From Balanoglossus misakiensis (Eukaryota; Animalia; Hemichordata), in contig CM082586.2 of the NCBI GenBank assembly GCA_040954595.2, positions 9,021,337-9,085,336 on the forward strand: a DNA stretch of 64,000 nucleotides, written 5' to 3'. Under the pieces are notes generated by a model. The model made no database searches. It was not told the origin of the DNA and was given only the letters and a program-made list of their open reading frames with translations. This document shows, in pieces, positions 1 to 14,600 of the stretch (its first letter is position 1; each line of letters starts with the position of its first letter). The translations under genes were made by a program, and so were the position numbers.

Positions 1-1
1 T

Positions 2-151
2 TTTTCCAACCTGGTTAAATTTTTTGAGCAAGAAAGTTGTGATGTCTACGCTGCCAGAGAAGAAATACATGAGATGTTCCGAAAACTTGGTGTGTCAGCT
101 GATCATCATGATGTTGAAGGTGACATGGCTAATCTACATCTTACATCTTAA
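2..151 (+). CDS. possible 3' end of an upstream host coding exon
   Basis: Stop-free frame from the window edge (FSNLVKFFEQESCDVYAAREEIHEMFRKLGV...LHLTS*), followed by AT-rich UTR-like sequence; no family recognised. Confidence 0.25.
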   Translation, partial: FSNLVKFFEQESCDVYAAREEIHEMFRKLGVSADHHDVEGDMANLHLTS

Positions 152-1715
152 GATGATGACATCAACATCTCTGAAGCAGACCATTGTGACGTCAGTATAT
201 CAATTTCTGATTAGTATGGCAAACGATGGCAGTATTTCCATGGAACTTGTTGCAATGTCTGAGAAATTTAACTGAGTAACGTAATGTGTGTGTGCAAGGA
301 AAAGGTTCCGTACATACATACTGTTATAAGCCCTGCAGAGAAATCAAAGCCAATACACCAAACCACCCTCCACCATTACTGTCTTCTCAATAACCAGGCT
401 GTACAACGAGGAGATGGTGATTGCAGAAACAGCTACCAACAGGTGACACAACTAAAGATAAATGAATGGAATCTGTGACATAGATCTAGCATGAGATAAC
501 AGAAAGTGAATTACCCAAATACAGTACAAGACCATCCTGCAGATACTGACCTATTTGAAGTGTATGTAATGGTTAATTACAAATTAAATCACTCTAAGGA
601 ACATGATGTCATGTCAGCTTCACAGGATGGAGACACATGCAAATAAAGTGAGTCAATTACAATTATGAGAAAGTGACAACTAAGAAATTGTCATGTTGAG
701 TTTACAAACTGCAGCTAATGACATCAATGACCATTATAGCAAAATAAAGTTGATTTTTTAAAAATTCTAGTGATTTTTGTGATTTGTTGCAACATTTTTT
801 ATTCAAATTATTGTTTTCACCAAAAAGCTGTACAGTAATATTTTTAATCCTGATCATCAATATCTTCAGTAGAAACATTACTTTTGTTTGTTGACAGATT
901 TAGGAAATTCACTCTATGTTTTGCAGATGTTCATTTTGAGCCAAAAAAGCTGAAACATACATATCCTGTCAGTATACAATGTCTCTGATTTGTAAAGCCA
1001 AATTAGTTTGTAAAGAGTTAGTTTGTTTCAAATTGCACTAACAATAATTCCAATAAGTTTAAGCAGAAATCTGAAACACTTGTACTAGACTTATCTGTTT
1101 TTAAATCAAATGTTAAAACTTTACTTTTTAAATCTGTTTTTTAGCCATTTGTTGTATTGTACTTTTGCTTTAAGCGTCATTGATCACATTTTTTTGTGGA
1201 TACTGACGCTATACAAATAAATTATTATTATTATTTATTATTACTTGTTAAGAACATGTTCACAATGATTTTGTGTAATGTTCTGGACTTCAGTTTTGAT
1301 GTGTACTATTTCCCAAAAGCAAATGACTAACCAAGAATATGCAATTTAAGAGAGGTTGTCATACACTTCTTGCTTTCAATTACATTGAACACACTCTCAA
1401 CATCTTTTTTCTATGTACACAAGTTGTCACTTCAAGATCATTCATATTAGGATTGAGAAACTATTTTCTTAATTTTGAATTATAAACTAATACAGACATC
1501 ACCATTCACATTTTGCAGACATGCTATTTAGGTGGTCGACATATCTTTATATTTTTAGTATTAAAATGTGGGAAGTGTCACTTTGAAAACAGAAAAAAAT
1601 TTGCTTTCTCAAAAATAAAAATACTTCAAATTTTCTCAATACACATTGAATGGTGGCCATCTTGATTTTAAAATTTGAATCAGTTTCGCTTTATCATTCA
1701 AAATTATGCCTGTTT

Positions 1716-1913
1716 AAAGGATATAAGAGTAAAAATCTCGCCAAAATGAATAAACGGTAGAGACCGATTATTCATTTTGACGAGTGTTTTACTCTCGTGT
1801 CTACAAGTGGGATGGAAGTTGTGGGTGGTCGAACGTTGATTCACTATATATCCACAGTCTTGTATCAAACATAATTAACAGAAAAATGGCAGCAAGAGAG
1901 AGATTTTGTCCCT
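1716..1913. mobile_element. partial MITE of the AGGGACAAA/TTAA family (right half)
   Basis: Ends ...GCAGCAAGAGAGAGATTTTGTCCCT followed by TTAA; internal sequence matches the copies at 21049 and 42465. Confidence 0.7.
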
Positions 1914-2656
1914 TTAAATGTTATTCCATGTATGACCTCATCTTGGATATGAATATTATCTGTTACCAATCCTTGCAATGCAGTTTCCATAACTGCAGTT
2001 TTACAGTTCTTTTTCATGAGGACTTGAGAAATGAATTATTTACTGCTTCTTCACAGCCAGAAAGATTCTTTATAGGTTTTTAAAATCCTTGATGTGTTCA
2101 AAATAAATCTTTTACTTTTGCAATCTTTTGTGTATATGTGTGTCCATTGTTAGCATTTCCCCCCCCACCCCCCACCCCCCGAGTTGAACACGGGCTGCCA
2201 AATTATTGCAATACAAGACATGAACTATTCCTACTGCTTCTCATGTTTGGTTTTAATGTGCACCTTCAAAATCAGTCATATTCTCCTCAATACAACTTTA
2301 GATTATTCTTGCTTAAAACAAAGAATACAGATTAATTATTCACCGTAAAAATTTGAATGACAAAAATTGTCTCAAATTTGAAATTCAAAATGGCCGCTAT
2401 AACTCCATGGTGAACATTGTTTATTTTTTTATGAAACCAAGGTGATGAAAATCTTTTTTTTTTCAAATCGACTTCATATACACTTTAATACAAAAACATG
2501 GAAGAGTTTGGAGGACTGATCTTTGTGAAAATAACCAACTTAATGAATTTTTTTTTCACTCAACTACTGGAAAGTAAGCTGTGCTTTGATTGGTTGCTGA
2601 CTGAGACAAATGTGTAGATAACCAATCACAACACAGCTACCTTCATGATTGAGCAT

Positions 2657-5600
2657 TTAGAAAGTGTAGTCTCCCTCAGAAATCGCCCAAAACATCGCTA
2701 TTAATGCGAGCAGAGGATAGCATGTATGAACTTTGACATGAAATTGGTAGTTACCCTGGTTACGACGTTGATTTGTGACTGGTACACTTTCCACCCTTTG
2801 AAGAAAGAAAAAAAGAAACAAGTTCTTTTCTGTGCAACACTTCAGAGTCACAAGTGATTTTCATCAAGAGAAACTTCTATCAGGCAAATTTTACTTGAAA
2901 TGTTTGAAGAATTGGCACTGGGTTGATTTTATTTTGGAGTGAGTTAAGTACTCAGGGAGTCATCATTTGGTATCCCCAGGGGGGGTCTAGATGCTGTTTT
3001 CTGATGGGAGAGACAATTCATTCCAGTGGAATGTGACACTTAGGAAATAAATAGACCATAGCACCAAAAAGAACAATTTCAGAATAAAATCCCTCATAAC
3101 ATATCAGCTCACAATCAGAATGCAGATAAGTATATGAGATAAGAGAAATTCCAACAAATGTCTTCATATTTGACTTCCAGTCCAACTTGAGTGGAAATGG
3201 CATAAACTTCAATGATTTTGTGCCCTTGAGCAAGGCACTTTTTATTCTCATTGATCTGGGGGGACTGACTTTGTATAGATGATTGTTCTAGTCATCCTAT
3301 CCTAGGTAGACAGCATTTCTGTGTTTGATATGGATGAATTTATGGATGAATTTAATAAATTAAAAACTGCATCGTTAGCCATTTTTGAATGCTGCTAAAT
3401 AATAAATATATCCAGAATTTGATAAAACAATTCTATTTGAAATCCATTGTTTTCTTTGGCAATATATGACCATAATTTTGTCGCAAATATATAAATGGTA
3501 TATATACAGTATTATATTATATCATGCTACCGTCCGCAATTCTGATTGGACGAGAGCTCAATCCAGCGATGCTAAAATACTCATAATGCACTGCTGGCAG
3601 AGCTAAAACGGGCCCCTGCTGAACTAGCATATGGCAGCAAAAACCACAGTCGCGCGTGTTTAAACCAAATAAATAAAACAACAATACTGTTGAATTAACG
3701 GACGTTTTATTTTGAAATTGCTCTGTGGAAATATTTTTCACTTTGCCACGCGCGATGCCCGTCTTGTCACTTTTTGTCGTCTGCTTCATGTTTAATGCTC
3801 GATCCCGGCTGGATCCCGGCCTTGCCGTTGTATGGGCATGCGAACGATTCCACTTGTATGTATATGGTCAGAAATTCACCATTGTGACAGACCACAAGCC
3901 GTTGGTCCACATATACAACAATCCAATTTCGAAACCACCTGCCAGAATCGAACGTTGGGCACTGAAGCCGTCGGCACAGAAATTAAAAAGAAGAAGAAGA
4001 AGAAGAAAATGAGCACGAGTTACACATCTATAAAATTTACAGCTTGTTGAAATTAGGAAGGTTACTTTTCAATATCAGTAGCGCGATACGAGACAAACAA
4101 CCCTCTATATACCGATAAGAAGTTGTTACCATGGTGATAAAATAAACATCTGTAAGACTGAGATCTGTCAATTATTTTTTTTCATTCATGCATAAGAAAT
4201 AGATCACTAATCGAAAAATTAAAATTAAATCTTAATACTCAACAACAGGGTTCGGCCTTAATGTCAAAATTACTCTATTCTATAAATAGCTCTCAACGGT
4301 TAGATTTTTTGAAAGTAAATTATTGCTGATGGTTGGAATACTTAATTTTCAATCTCAGATTCCGTGAAAATATTACAAAATAATACAGGATAAAGTCGAT
4401 GGCGTTTTAATTGTCACTAATGCATTCTATACGTCCCCTGGAGGTAACCCAGGGAGATTCCTGAACGAAACAGGGATGGTGTCCCATTGTGAAGGTTGTC
4501 TATGGGAGGAAACTGATGGGCAGGCCTAGGGCTTTAGTTTTTCAGCTGAAAAATTAATGCGTTTCGTGTTTATTTATCTGTGATGTGCCTAAAGTACCCC
4601 AAACCTTCCGTTTCTACAGTCAACTTGTCGTCATATTTCATTTTTCTAAAATTGTGAAAAGAACACAAAACAATTTAAATTTGCTTCTCCAAGAACATTT
4701 TACTTCTGTTCTACAAAATAAAGGGGGAAAAATGTGTCATTTGTCTGTCGATGTTTAAAGGGGCAATTTTCAATCCCTGGTTTTCGCATTAGTAGGTGCT
4801 CCTCCTAGTCAAACATTAGGCTAGTTGCGATGTTTAACCTACAGTACGTTAAAAGCACACTCCAATCACAACAGTTTACCACCTTAGCTAATCCTATAAA
4901 GGGTGCTAGGTATTACAGATAACGATAACGGCCGTGCCATGGTCTAGCTGCACACGAGTACAGTAGAGACTGTTTACGGTCAACTGGAAAGCAAGAGGCC
5001 GATCGCTCTAACCACTTCGACGCTCAATTCTCCCAAGCGCGCACAGGTGCAAGCTCTGGAATGCGATCGCGAAACTTCGGACAATGCTCTGTAAAGTAAG
5101 CCCTACAACGCAATCTCGCACAAAGAAGCTGTATTCACCTCACTATGATCTGAAATCAGCGTGTATTGATTCTTACTTGCATTTGTCCTGCGAGGCAGGA
5201 CCGTCTTGATGACGACTTTGACCTCAAGCAATTGTGATTGGAGGCGCAGCCGGCAGCATGCAAAACAGTCATCCTGCATGCATGACCGGCTACCGTACCA
5301 CGCGTCGGTCAATCCACTTGCGCACGGCTGGGGCGGCTCGGCACAGGCCTGTCTATAATTTTCCTATCAACTTGAGAGCGGATCGCTACTCAAAATAGGC
5401 GTTGAAATGTCTGAATTCGCGATCATCAAGTTTATAGATCGACATCGATACAAACCCAGTTCAAGCTAGACTGATCCCCGGAAATGAACGATGCGAAAAT
5501 GTCCGCATTGTTTTAATTGCTGACAATCGCGATCGTGGCGTCGGTAATTTTTGAAGGGAGCTCAGATGCTTGTCGAAAATTCCACATGAAAGGAATACAA

Positions 5601-8600
5601 GTCGAATTACCAAAACTATAAATGATTGGCAGCATGTCTTGATACTTGGTGCGTCATGATTTGCAGGTAGAAAGTCCTATCTATTGCTATTGCGACATGG
5701 GCCTATAGGCGCGGCTATATGCACTCGTGAAGCTGTCGCGCCCGTGTACAGCAGCATGCACGCTCAGGCACAGTTACGTTAGCATTCAAATATCCAGATG
5801 ACGGGCAACTTCAATAGCGTGGAGGCATTATACCTGATACATGGTACGTGTCTGGCGGTTTTTAAAATAAAAACATACTTGGAAAAATCTTTTACTGAAT
5901 GGCGAAATATTGCTTGCCCGTCACTTGGAAATGACAACGCCGTGGGTCACATGGCCAGATCACGTGATTGATAGCAAAACAATTCTTTGACTGACTTTCT
6001 GCGTTTCCGTACGTTTCGATATTTCATCAAATCCGGGCATCACTGAAGTCAAGAGTCCGTTTAAGGTTTTTTAAGAGACGACATTATTGTACATATTATA
6101 ATGCGATACATCTTTATTTTTGGCAGTTTTCTTTGAGTGGTGATTGTTTTTGACAAAAATGAATGGTACATTAAAATAACACCAAAGTCATATCCTCGGG
6201 TGTGTAGTGTACTTCTTTATTCACTTTTATATGTGAGTATGTGTGCCTGTGTAATGATTTGTGCATTTCTTTTTAATTTTTTATTACGAAGTGTTTTGGT
6301 GATTAGGGTAGTTCTCTTTTTGAAGGATGTGGTGGCCCTGATAAGGGCCGTTTGGTATGTGTATGCACTAGAGCATACGTCTCTGGGTTTCTACAGAGAG
6401 GCACTAAAAACTTCTTCGACAAAACGCCTCCACACATTGGTCCTCCAACGACTTGTTTTTTCCGTCAATACCCTGCGCTCAGACCTCCTCCTGTACTGCC
6501 TTCCTCGCCGACTCTTCCTGGTATTGGTTGACACCACTTTCGCTTCTGCGTCATATTTTATTGTTTTGTCAGTGATAAGCTTGCACAGAAACATTGTAAA
6601 TTATCATGGGGAAAACATGAACACACTCGGAAATAAAATAAAACTTACCCAGTCCAGACAGGTGAGATCACTCCTGAATTTATAGGAGTTTTTTTTTTAA
6701 TGGGATGCGCAACATTGTTGAAGCTCTTAACATAGTGTGTGTCTTTACACTAGAATGGAAAATAAAATAAAATCTTTACAAAGAGTAGAGACTTTGGTTT
6801 TCCATAATCGTGTCTGCATATAGCTGACAAAAACTACAGCATAATCTCGGTACAAGAAAGCCTGAGAGAAATACTGCTATGCTCTATCTGCTGCATGGTG
6901 GTACAACTATGTCAGAGTTTTGTGCATTCTTTCATGTACCGTGTCGTGCATCGCTCATATTTTCAATCCCCAGCTTAATGGTGCGGTCTTCCGATGCGAT
7001 TTCCTGAAATTGGATTCAAAAACAAAATGTATTAGGCCTATATGAACACACGGATAAAATGTGGCATGATAAAAATATCAAATAACATTTATTTAGTTGT
7101 TTTTGGGTGGTGAAATGTCATACCTCGTTTAATGCATCATCCATGGATTTGACCGCTTCATTGTGGACAGTTTGTCGGTACTTCTCAAAAACTTAATAAA
7201 AAAAAAAGACAGACGAGAAATGGGCCGCCGCAAGGGAAAAGGGCCCTTATGCATGGATTTTTAGATTTTTATTTTTTGTCGTTTTTTGATAGTACCTGTG
7301 CTCCTCTTTTCATATGTGTGCCGCTCACTATGAACTTACACCTGGAAATGGCATTTGTGGCCCATTGAATGTGACATATGACCTTTGACCTCAGCCCACA
7401 AATAAAATTCACTGTTTTTGTTTCACAATAAAGAGGTTTAAAAACCAAACATCTTTTCCCAACTACATGGAAGATCTGTATCCATTTATACCGTAGGTAC
7501 TGACTAAATCAACTTTTTAGGGGGAGAGGGGGTGTCTGTCATTCCATTATATCATAGGGGTGGAAAGCACACAAGATGATGCTAGTTCTATTTAAAAATA
7601 CATTTTATTAGACACCACAAGTGCCAAAACTCTACACATCACATCCTCCGAAAATATGAATATTTACATGACATTATTGACATAACTGTTGCCATGGCTA
7701 CCAGCAGTCTCCATCTAAACTGTTGCCATGGCTACCTATAGTGTCAGAACTCCAACCATTACATCACTGATATTGCTACATACAATTCTAACTATCATTT
7801 TTTTCAGATAACATTTAAATATTTACAAGTTTGCATTTATTTTCAGTACTACATACATGCAAGAGTATTCAGTGGGTTTTTGGATTTACTCTTCAGGGCA
7901 AAATGCATGTCTAAATGGCTGTCTGACAAATGGAACAATTTCCTTCTGTAACTCTCTCCATCTGGCTAAACTCATTCCTCCAGCAGGCAATACAGAGGGT
8001 TTTATATGTGGTGATGGAGGCAAAGTAGCATTTCTTTTGAGCAGATCTATACGGATTTCATCATCTGTGACTAATTTTCTAACATATACAGCACCAGGAT
8101 CATTCTTGGTGAATCTAAAATGATGATAAACACGAATTCCCTTCAATGGTTTGAGAAATGAAGAAAAAAATGAATCCCACTCAAACCATTGAAAGTTGGG
8201 ATCAGAATTCCGACTGCCATAACATTTCACATTGTTTATTCGTGAACTTTTTGACACAATGTCTGCCAGCTGCTGAACTGTGTCAACATCACTTCTACGA
8301 TACACTTGCCGAATCTTACCGAAACAAGCATCACAAATGCACTTTGTATGACCTGGTTCCAAGAAATGATAATTAATTTCGTCATGTTAACCAGTACTGG
8401 TACGGTAACAAAAATAATGAATGACAGTTTTGTTTTTATTCTGACCTCCACAGTTGTCAGCATGGCAATGACAACTCTTTTCACCCAATCCATGCTCCTC
8501 AAAATAATTGTGAAGCATGCTAACTACATTATTGGCACCATGGCACTTTCTGTTATCAATGCCAATGGTCTCAGACTCATCAAACAGATAATTCATTTGA

Positions 8601-11600
8601 GATTGTTGACTATCATTACATATACCAAAGCAATTTACACGTAGTGGATTCAGAAAATACAGTGGACTAACTTGACGAGACTGATGGGGCAGCAGAAAAC
8701 TCTGTGCAAAATCAAATGTATAATGAACATTATGTAAATCATAAGAGCAAGGACTACATGGGGGCTGAACTTCAATGTCTCTGAGTTCATCCTGTGCCTT
8801 TCTAATGCACAAGTTCAGAAATTCTCTTTCATTTTGTGATTTCAAAATGTGTCCTGAGAATGCAATACTAGAGTTCAGTTTGTCTTCTTCTGTTGAGGCA
8901 AACTGAATTTCATTCCGGAAGTGTTCACATTTGGCACACACATCTGTACGAGGTTCCATTCGCTGACACACAATTTCCAGATATTTCGGAAAGTTGTCTC
9001 CCCCACAGGCTGCTTGGTTGGCTGACAAACATTACAGGCCTCCACATACTTCTTATACATATCAGCCTTGGTGTCACAGGATGGAAGATAAATTGGAGGC
9101 CTTCCATCTCTACCACAAGGAGCAGCTGGCATAGGCAGACCATTGTCATCTGCATATCTGTTGTGTGTGGTCGAGCACTGATTCAATGTCGGAGGGTCCA
9201 TGTGAAAGTCTCAGTGTCAATTGGGCATGCTCCAAACTGTGGGTGAAAAATACTACTTCAAGATGGCCAGCATATGAAGCAGCTGTCAGGAGGAGGAGAC
9301 AAGATATTGAGGGGCCCATATACAGTATTACTGTATACACATGATGACTGACTGTGACAATGAGGGCAACAGTGTATTTTTGATGACCTTGGGACTGAGG
9401 GCATAGGGAAAACAAGACTGTTTTAGTTGTGACTAGCAGTCCCGAGGTCATCAAAAATACACCGTTGCCCGAATATGTCAGTCATCATGTGTTTTATAAC
9501 ACACCAAACATGACACACACCACATCCAGGCAATTGACGGAATTGCGGTTAGGCATAGCATATCATAATGACATGTCTGCATAGTATAAAGCCAAACGCG
9601 CACCGTATGTTGAACGGGCATAGTATCATGGTGAATGTGCGACGTATAATGATATAGGCACAGCGTATAATGATGTAGGCACAGCGTATAATGATGTATG
9701 CACAGCGTATAATGCTGTATACACATTGTATAAAGATGTATGGGCAGCGTATAATGATGTATGGGCAATGTATAATGATGTATTCACAGCGTATAACGAT
9801 GCACAAGCAGCGTATAATGATGTATGCACATTGTATAAAGATGTATGAGCGTCGTATAATGATGTATGGGCAATGTATAATGGTGTATTCACAGCGTATA
9901 ACGATGCACAAGCAGCGTATAATGATGTATGCACATTGTATAAAGATGTATGAGCGTCGTATAATGATGTATGGGCAATGTATAATGATGTATTCACATC
10001 GTATAACGTTGCACAAGCAGCGTATAATGATGTATGCACATTGTATAATGATGTATAAGCGTCGTATAATGGTAACAATGGACTTAAGACAGCTGTGGCT
10101 TTCCATACTTTTCCCTTGCGGCGACCCAAATATTAGTGATGATTTGCCTACTTTATATGCCAGCACAGTCATGGGGTGACTGTGATGATAATCGACAGTT
10201 AATACATTTGGAAAAAAAAATTGTCTTGACATGTCTTTATATGCTGCAGTCATGTCTGTAACTCCATGGTCATACAATATATTGAAACAGTCTGAGAATC
10301 AATGTAAGTTGACCACACTAAAAGTAGGACTGATCACAAATAAATATAAAACTAGATAGTTTCAGCTATAAGAAAGTGTAAGCTTACATTTCGTTCTATA
10401 CTTGTCCTTCAACGACCCCATATTTGCACTGCTGGTTACAGTGTCATAAGTCCGCGTCCGTACGCCAGCTGACAACAACCCGTGTAACAATCTGTTGGAT
10501 AATGTTCATAGCATTTCAAAGTTACGACGCGAGAGCATAATACATTGACGTATTCTTGGTAAATAAAAGATGACAAAACAATATAAGTCCGTATCATACA
10601 ATGTCACTGTATTTACACTTACCTGTAGTTGACGAGTAGTCTCCCGTTCGGTAAATACGGCGAAGAATTCCAATTGAATCCGTGATCTTCCTCGCACTTG
10701 AAACTGACCCTCCCCGCGTGGCCCATCATAGTCGTGCGCTTTGAGGCAAGAGTTCCTCGACATGCTCCGGAGTGTGATTCGACAGTTTTTACGAGGTTCT
10801 GGACAGAGAGGGTCGTTGTCAAATATATCTGGTCCGTTCTATTGGACACCTCTGGTACACTGGTTCGTGGAAAGCACCTTCTTCTGGTTCGTCACGCATA
10901 CCACCATTGCCGTTCGTTTCGTGACTCGTCAGGAAGAAATCAAGTACCGTTGATAACACGTCAAAATTTGTTGCCCTACCCTCCTTCATCAGAGTTCGAA
11001 GCTTTGAAATTTTACGTTGAATTGCTGTCTTATCTTCAGTAGTTGGGGCAACAAAATCGACATTTCCGCGGACAGTGTTATCCCGCACCCGACGTATGTG
11101 ACGATCCCTGATTGCTTCCCTAGTCATGGAAGGACAAATCTCTGAACCCGGCATGTTTAAAAAAAACTCGAAAAATTAAAAAAAATGTTGACTGAAAATC
11201 TAAAAATATATCAAATTGTAAATAAAGAAAAACTGCAAATGTTTAGTTTTTTTAATTTTTTATTGGTATTTTAAAAATGTTTTCCTGTTTTTTTGGTTAC
11301 TTTTTCATGAATATGCGAATTAGATATTACATATTCATGAGCACACACGCATTGCCGAGCTTAGGTGGTTTCCAAGGCTTCAGCCTCGTGGTTGCGTGGT
11401 TTCATGTGTGCATGGAGGTACTAGAGAGAAGGAGCGAGGACGGATTTTAAGCGGATTAACTCCCTTTCTTCTGAAGTGTGATAAGCTTCTTAAGTCTTTG
11501 TGTTTCTGTGTTGAAAGCGTCCTTTGAACCCACTGTGCGTTACCGCCGATTTTACAGTTAGGTTTGCAAGATCTACGGGGTAATATTTCTATAATATTAA

Positions 11601-14600
11601 AAACACAATGCGCACATCGCGGACGAGCGTACTACATATGCGTGGTGACTTTTATTTACATCTAGGGGTGAAGTTTACGCATCACCACTACCGGAAACGT
11701 GTCAGGCGGACGTTTTGGAAGACTTGTGGCGTTATTTTTCTTCTTTGTACAACCAAAAAGCATGATTTTGAAATGTACATTTTGAGTTTTTCGCAAACTT
11801 CCGCAAAAAACAATAAGTTCTTAGGTTTTCTTTGAAAACCAATCTTCCCGATGCAAGTATTTTTGTTCGCGTGGGATGGTGTGGGATGCCCGATAGTCAC
11901 CATTGTAATTGCTAGTGCAGAGACTTTCGGCACAGCAGTTTGGTCTGGTTGAATATGCTAAATGTAAATCATGGAGACACGCCGCCAGCTATAATTTGTT
12001 TATCTACGCAAGCGCACAGCCTTTATGAACGCCTATCAGGTGATAAAAGGATGAGATCCTAATGATATCTGCAAACAGATTAAGACGCACATGGGGTTTA
12101 TAGGAAACAATAGTGTCCTCGCTCCTTCTATCTAGTACCTCCATAGTCTTGTTCTCACTAAAAGTTTTGACACCGGTGTAATGCCAGTGTTTACTCTCTG
12201 CAAACACAGGGGATTAGTCCACAGAATCTCCGTGCGTCCACACACTAAACTTTTGGCCACTGTTTTGAAATAAACATCGTCTAAATGGCCATGTTTAGCA
12301 ACACGGCAACTAACAAAATTGAGGACGTCGAGGACATTACAGTTGCAATTTATATACCTGCATATACGTTCTAGACGACTTTGTGACAGTTTTGATAATG
12401 TTTAGAAGTAAATGAATGTTAATCCATAAATGGAAAATGCCTCAGCTTTTCGGTGATCGAGAGAACCTTCCGAAAGTTGGTAGCAGACAGAAGTGTTGCA
12501 GACCATGCAAACTGCGAATGGTTTGAAAACCACTCACGTCCAGTGTGATTGACTTAACAATGGAAACTGACCAAAGACAATGGGCTATACCTAATAAACA
12601 TACCCAAAAGTCACTGCAGGGTGGCGCTTTTGAACGGTGTTTGTTTATCTTTGCGTTCTCACTGACTATTTTCGTCGGAGCGCTGGCCCAGCACTGGCCC
12701 TGACCCGCCACCCATCGCCGTCGCAAATCAACACCGGCCCAACACCGGTGTAAAGCGTTCTCACTTGTTTTTTTCCGTCGGTGTCAAATCTACACCGCTG
12801 TAGCACCGGTGTAAACGTGCCAGTGAGAACGCCCTATATGATGTGTGGGCGGGCGTGGACCGAAACGGCGAGGTTTTGACGAAAATTCGGCAAAAAAATG
12901 TCAAAAATATCCCCGTTTCGGTCCTTAAATGTGCCCAAAGCTCATAACACATTCAGAAAACGAAGTTTGCGAGCGAATGGACAGAAGTAAAATAGTCTAT
13001 GGTATTGTATCGCGACAGACATGTGCATCGTGTGGGCGGTACGCGGTACGTCCGATTCATGTTGTTTTAGTCGATGCCTTCATTTCCTGCCAACGTAATC
13101 GTCGGTGTAAGACTGCTTTTTACGGTAAACTGTACAATGAAGGTAAGTTCTTATCAGCTATTTTCGGATTGCATGTGATGCGAGTTTCGTTCGGTACGTG
13201 CGATCGATAGTATGGCATGCAGAGGACGGCCTAAGTATAATCTCATTCTGGGTCATAGCAGTGGTGTTTTCTGGCAATTTTTGTCTGACATTTTGCGGGC
13301 AATTTTCTGATCGACACGGAAAAAGAGCCCGTAAAAAGGAAAAGTACAATTAGCCAGAAAACACCACAGCTGCAGCTATGGACCCACGCCACGCACAGTC
13401 TGACTTGGGCGGGAAAAACTTGTTTGTAGCATTCTCCTGTGCAACTAGGCCATATGTTAATTACTTGTTTGTTAAGTCTTGTAACACTCCTTTGTCTCAA
13501 TTTATTGTGTAGCACACTGTTTCCAGTCTCCTTGTATTAACAAAGTGCAGGTGCAGGTGGTGTTTACAATGTGAGATTTGAACACTGCCAGGTTGGGGGT
13601 TGAAACCAAAGGGTCCCATTATTTTGGGAGAAGTGGTTCAACAACATTGTCAAGAAATGTGCATTTTTATGAGTGACAAATATAGATGATTGCCTTTCCA
13701 TCAAAATTCAAAACTACAAAGTTATTGTTTATTAACATCAAGCAGAAAATTGAAAGTCTCAGCCACAGCTACAAGATTGGTTGTGGCCACAGCCTGAACA
13801 CAGACATACAAATGCCATGCATTTGGTACTAAATTTTGGTAGCAAATGACAAGGAAAGAACATCTGATTTGGAAGTAAATTATACAATATATTTACTCTG
13901 CATCAGAAGTCACAAAAATCTCCATGTCATTAGAAAAATATGCCATATTTCTGAATGTACGTGTAGTGTACAAAATATGTCCACACTGAGTAATCAAATT
14001 GCATGCACATACAGCTGGAAATACTTCACCTCTCAGTTATAATCAATATTCCAGCGTTTCAAAAAATGTGTTGCCATTTTTGTTTGTTTGTACAATTTCA
14101 ATATACGTTTATTTCTCTTGTAATCTTCCAAATTTGGTGCACAACCCCAATGATTTATGCAATATTCTTGTTCCCACTCTTTGATTGACAGCTTGGCTAT
14201 GCTGTATGATTTCATCAGCTTTGTTCCTACTTTCACCTTAGCTTCTATATATTCATTTATTAACTTCTTATCATTGGGAAGGGCCTTCAAAGAATTTCGT
14301 GATTTATCAAATTATTCGACTTCTTTTGTCTCTCCAAGGACAAATATCAGACTGTCCATCGTGGTTGAAGAAGTATCACTAACTTTACTCTGAGATTGAT
14401 GACTCTTCATGTGTGGCTGTTATCTTTGCTGTTGATTTGGCAACTTCTTTGATACTTGACTTGCCTGAATGCAAACAAGAAAACAACATTAAGGTTTAAC
14501 AGCAATAATAATGAGTTTTTCTTAAAGTGATTTCCTTTTGGGCCACTTAAACTGACCTGGGGTTCCACAAGGTCAACATGAAATATTGAACACCTATTGC

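Larger units (their letters stand above)
7222..10127 (-). mobile_element. Sola DNA transposon (2.9 kb)
   Basis: 20-bp TIRs GGGCCGCCGCAAGGGAAAAG (7222-7241) and CTTTTCCCTTGCGGCGACCC (10108-10127), 1 mismatch; 4-bp TSD AAAT at 7218-7221 and 10128-10131; internal Sola transposase. Confidence 0.92.
6391..11154 (-). pseudogene. decayed multi-exon Kolobok-like DDE transposase
   Basis: Phase-consistent GT-AG exons: 11154-10623 (frameshifted; CEEDHGFNWNSSPYLPNGRLLVNYR), 10491-10388 (LLHGLLSAGV...ANMG), 7191-7124 (FEKYRQTV...SMDDALNE), 7003 onward (SDARHGT*KNAQNSDIV), ~6750-6650 (CKDTHYVKSFNN...YKFRSDLTCLDW) and a C-terminal KTSRWRTNVW. Contains stops, a deletion and an apparent E>K change in the YVESFNN motif. 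Element ends not found. Confidence 0.7.

Noticed and set aside
6137-6685. 182-aa hydrophobic ORF on +
   Set aside because: It is antisense to the Kolobok-like C-terminus and its T-rich flank; no recognisable domain.
9478-10277. Several long overlapping repetitive ORFs (242, 167 and 162 aa)
   Set aside because: They arise from a 21-bp minisatellite lacking stops in several frames.
11604-11610. CACAATG as a Transib/RSS-like terminus for the RAG1-like gene
   Set aside because: No matching inverted end or TSD found near 25-26 kb.
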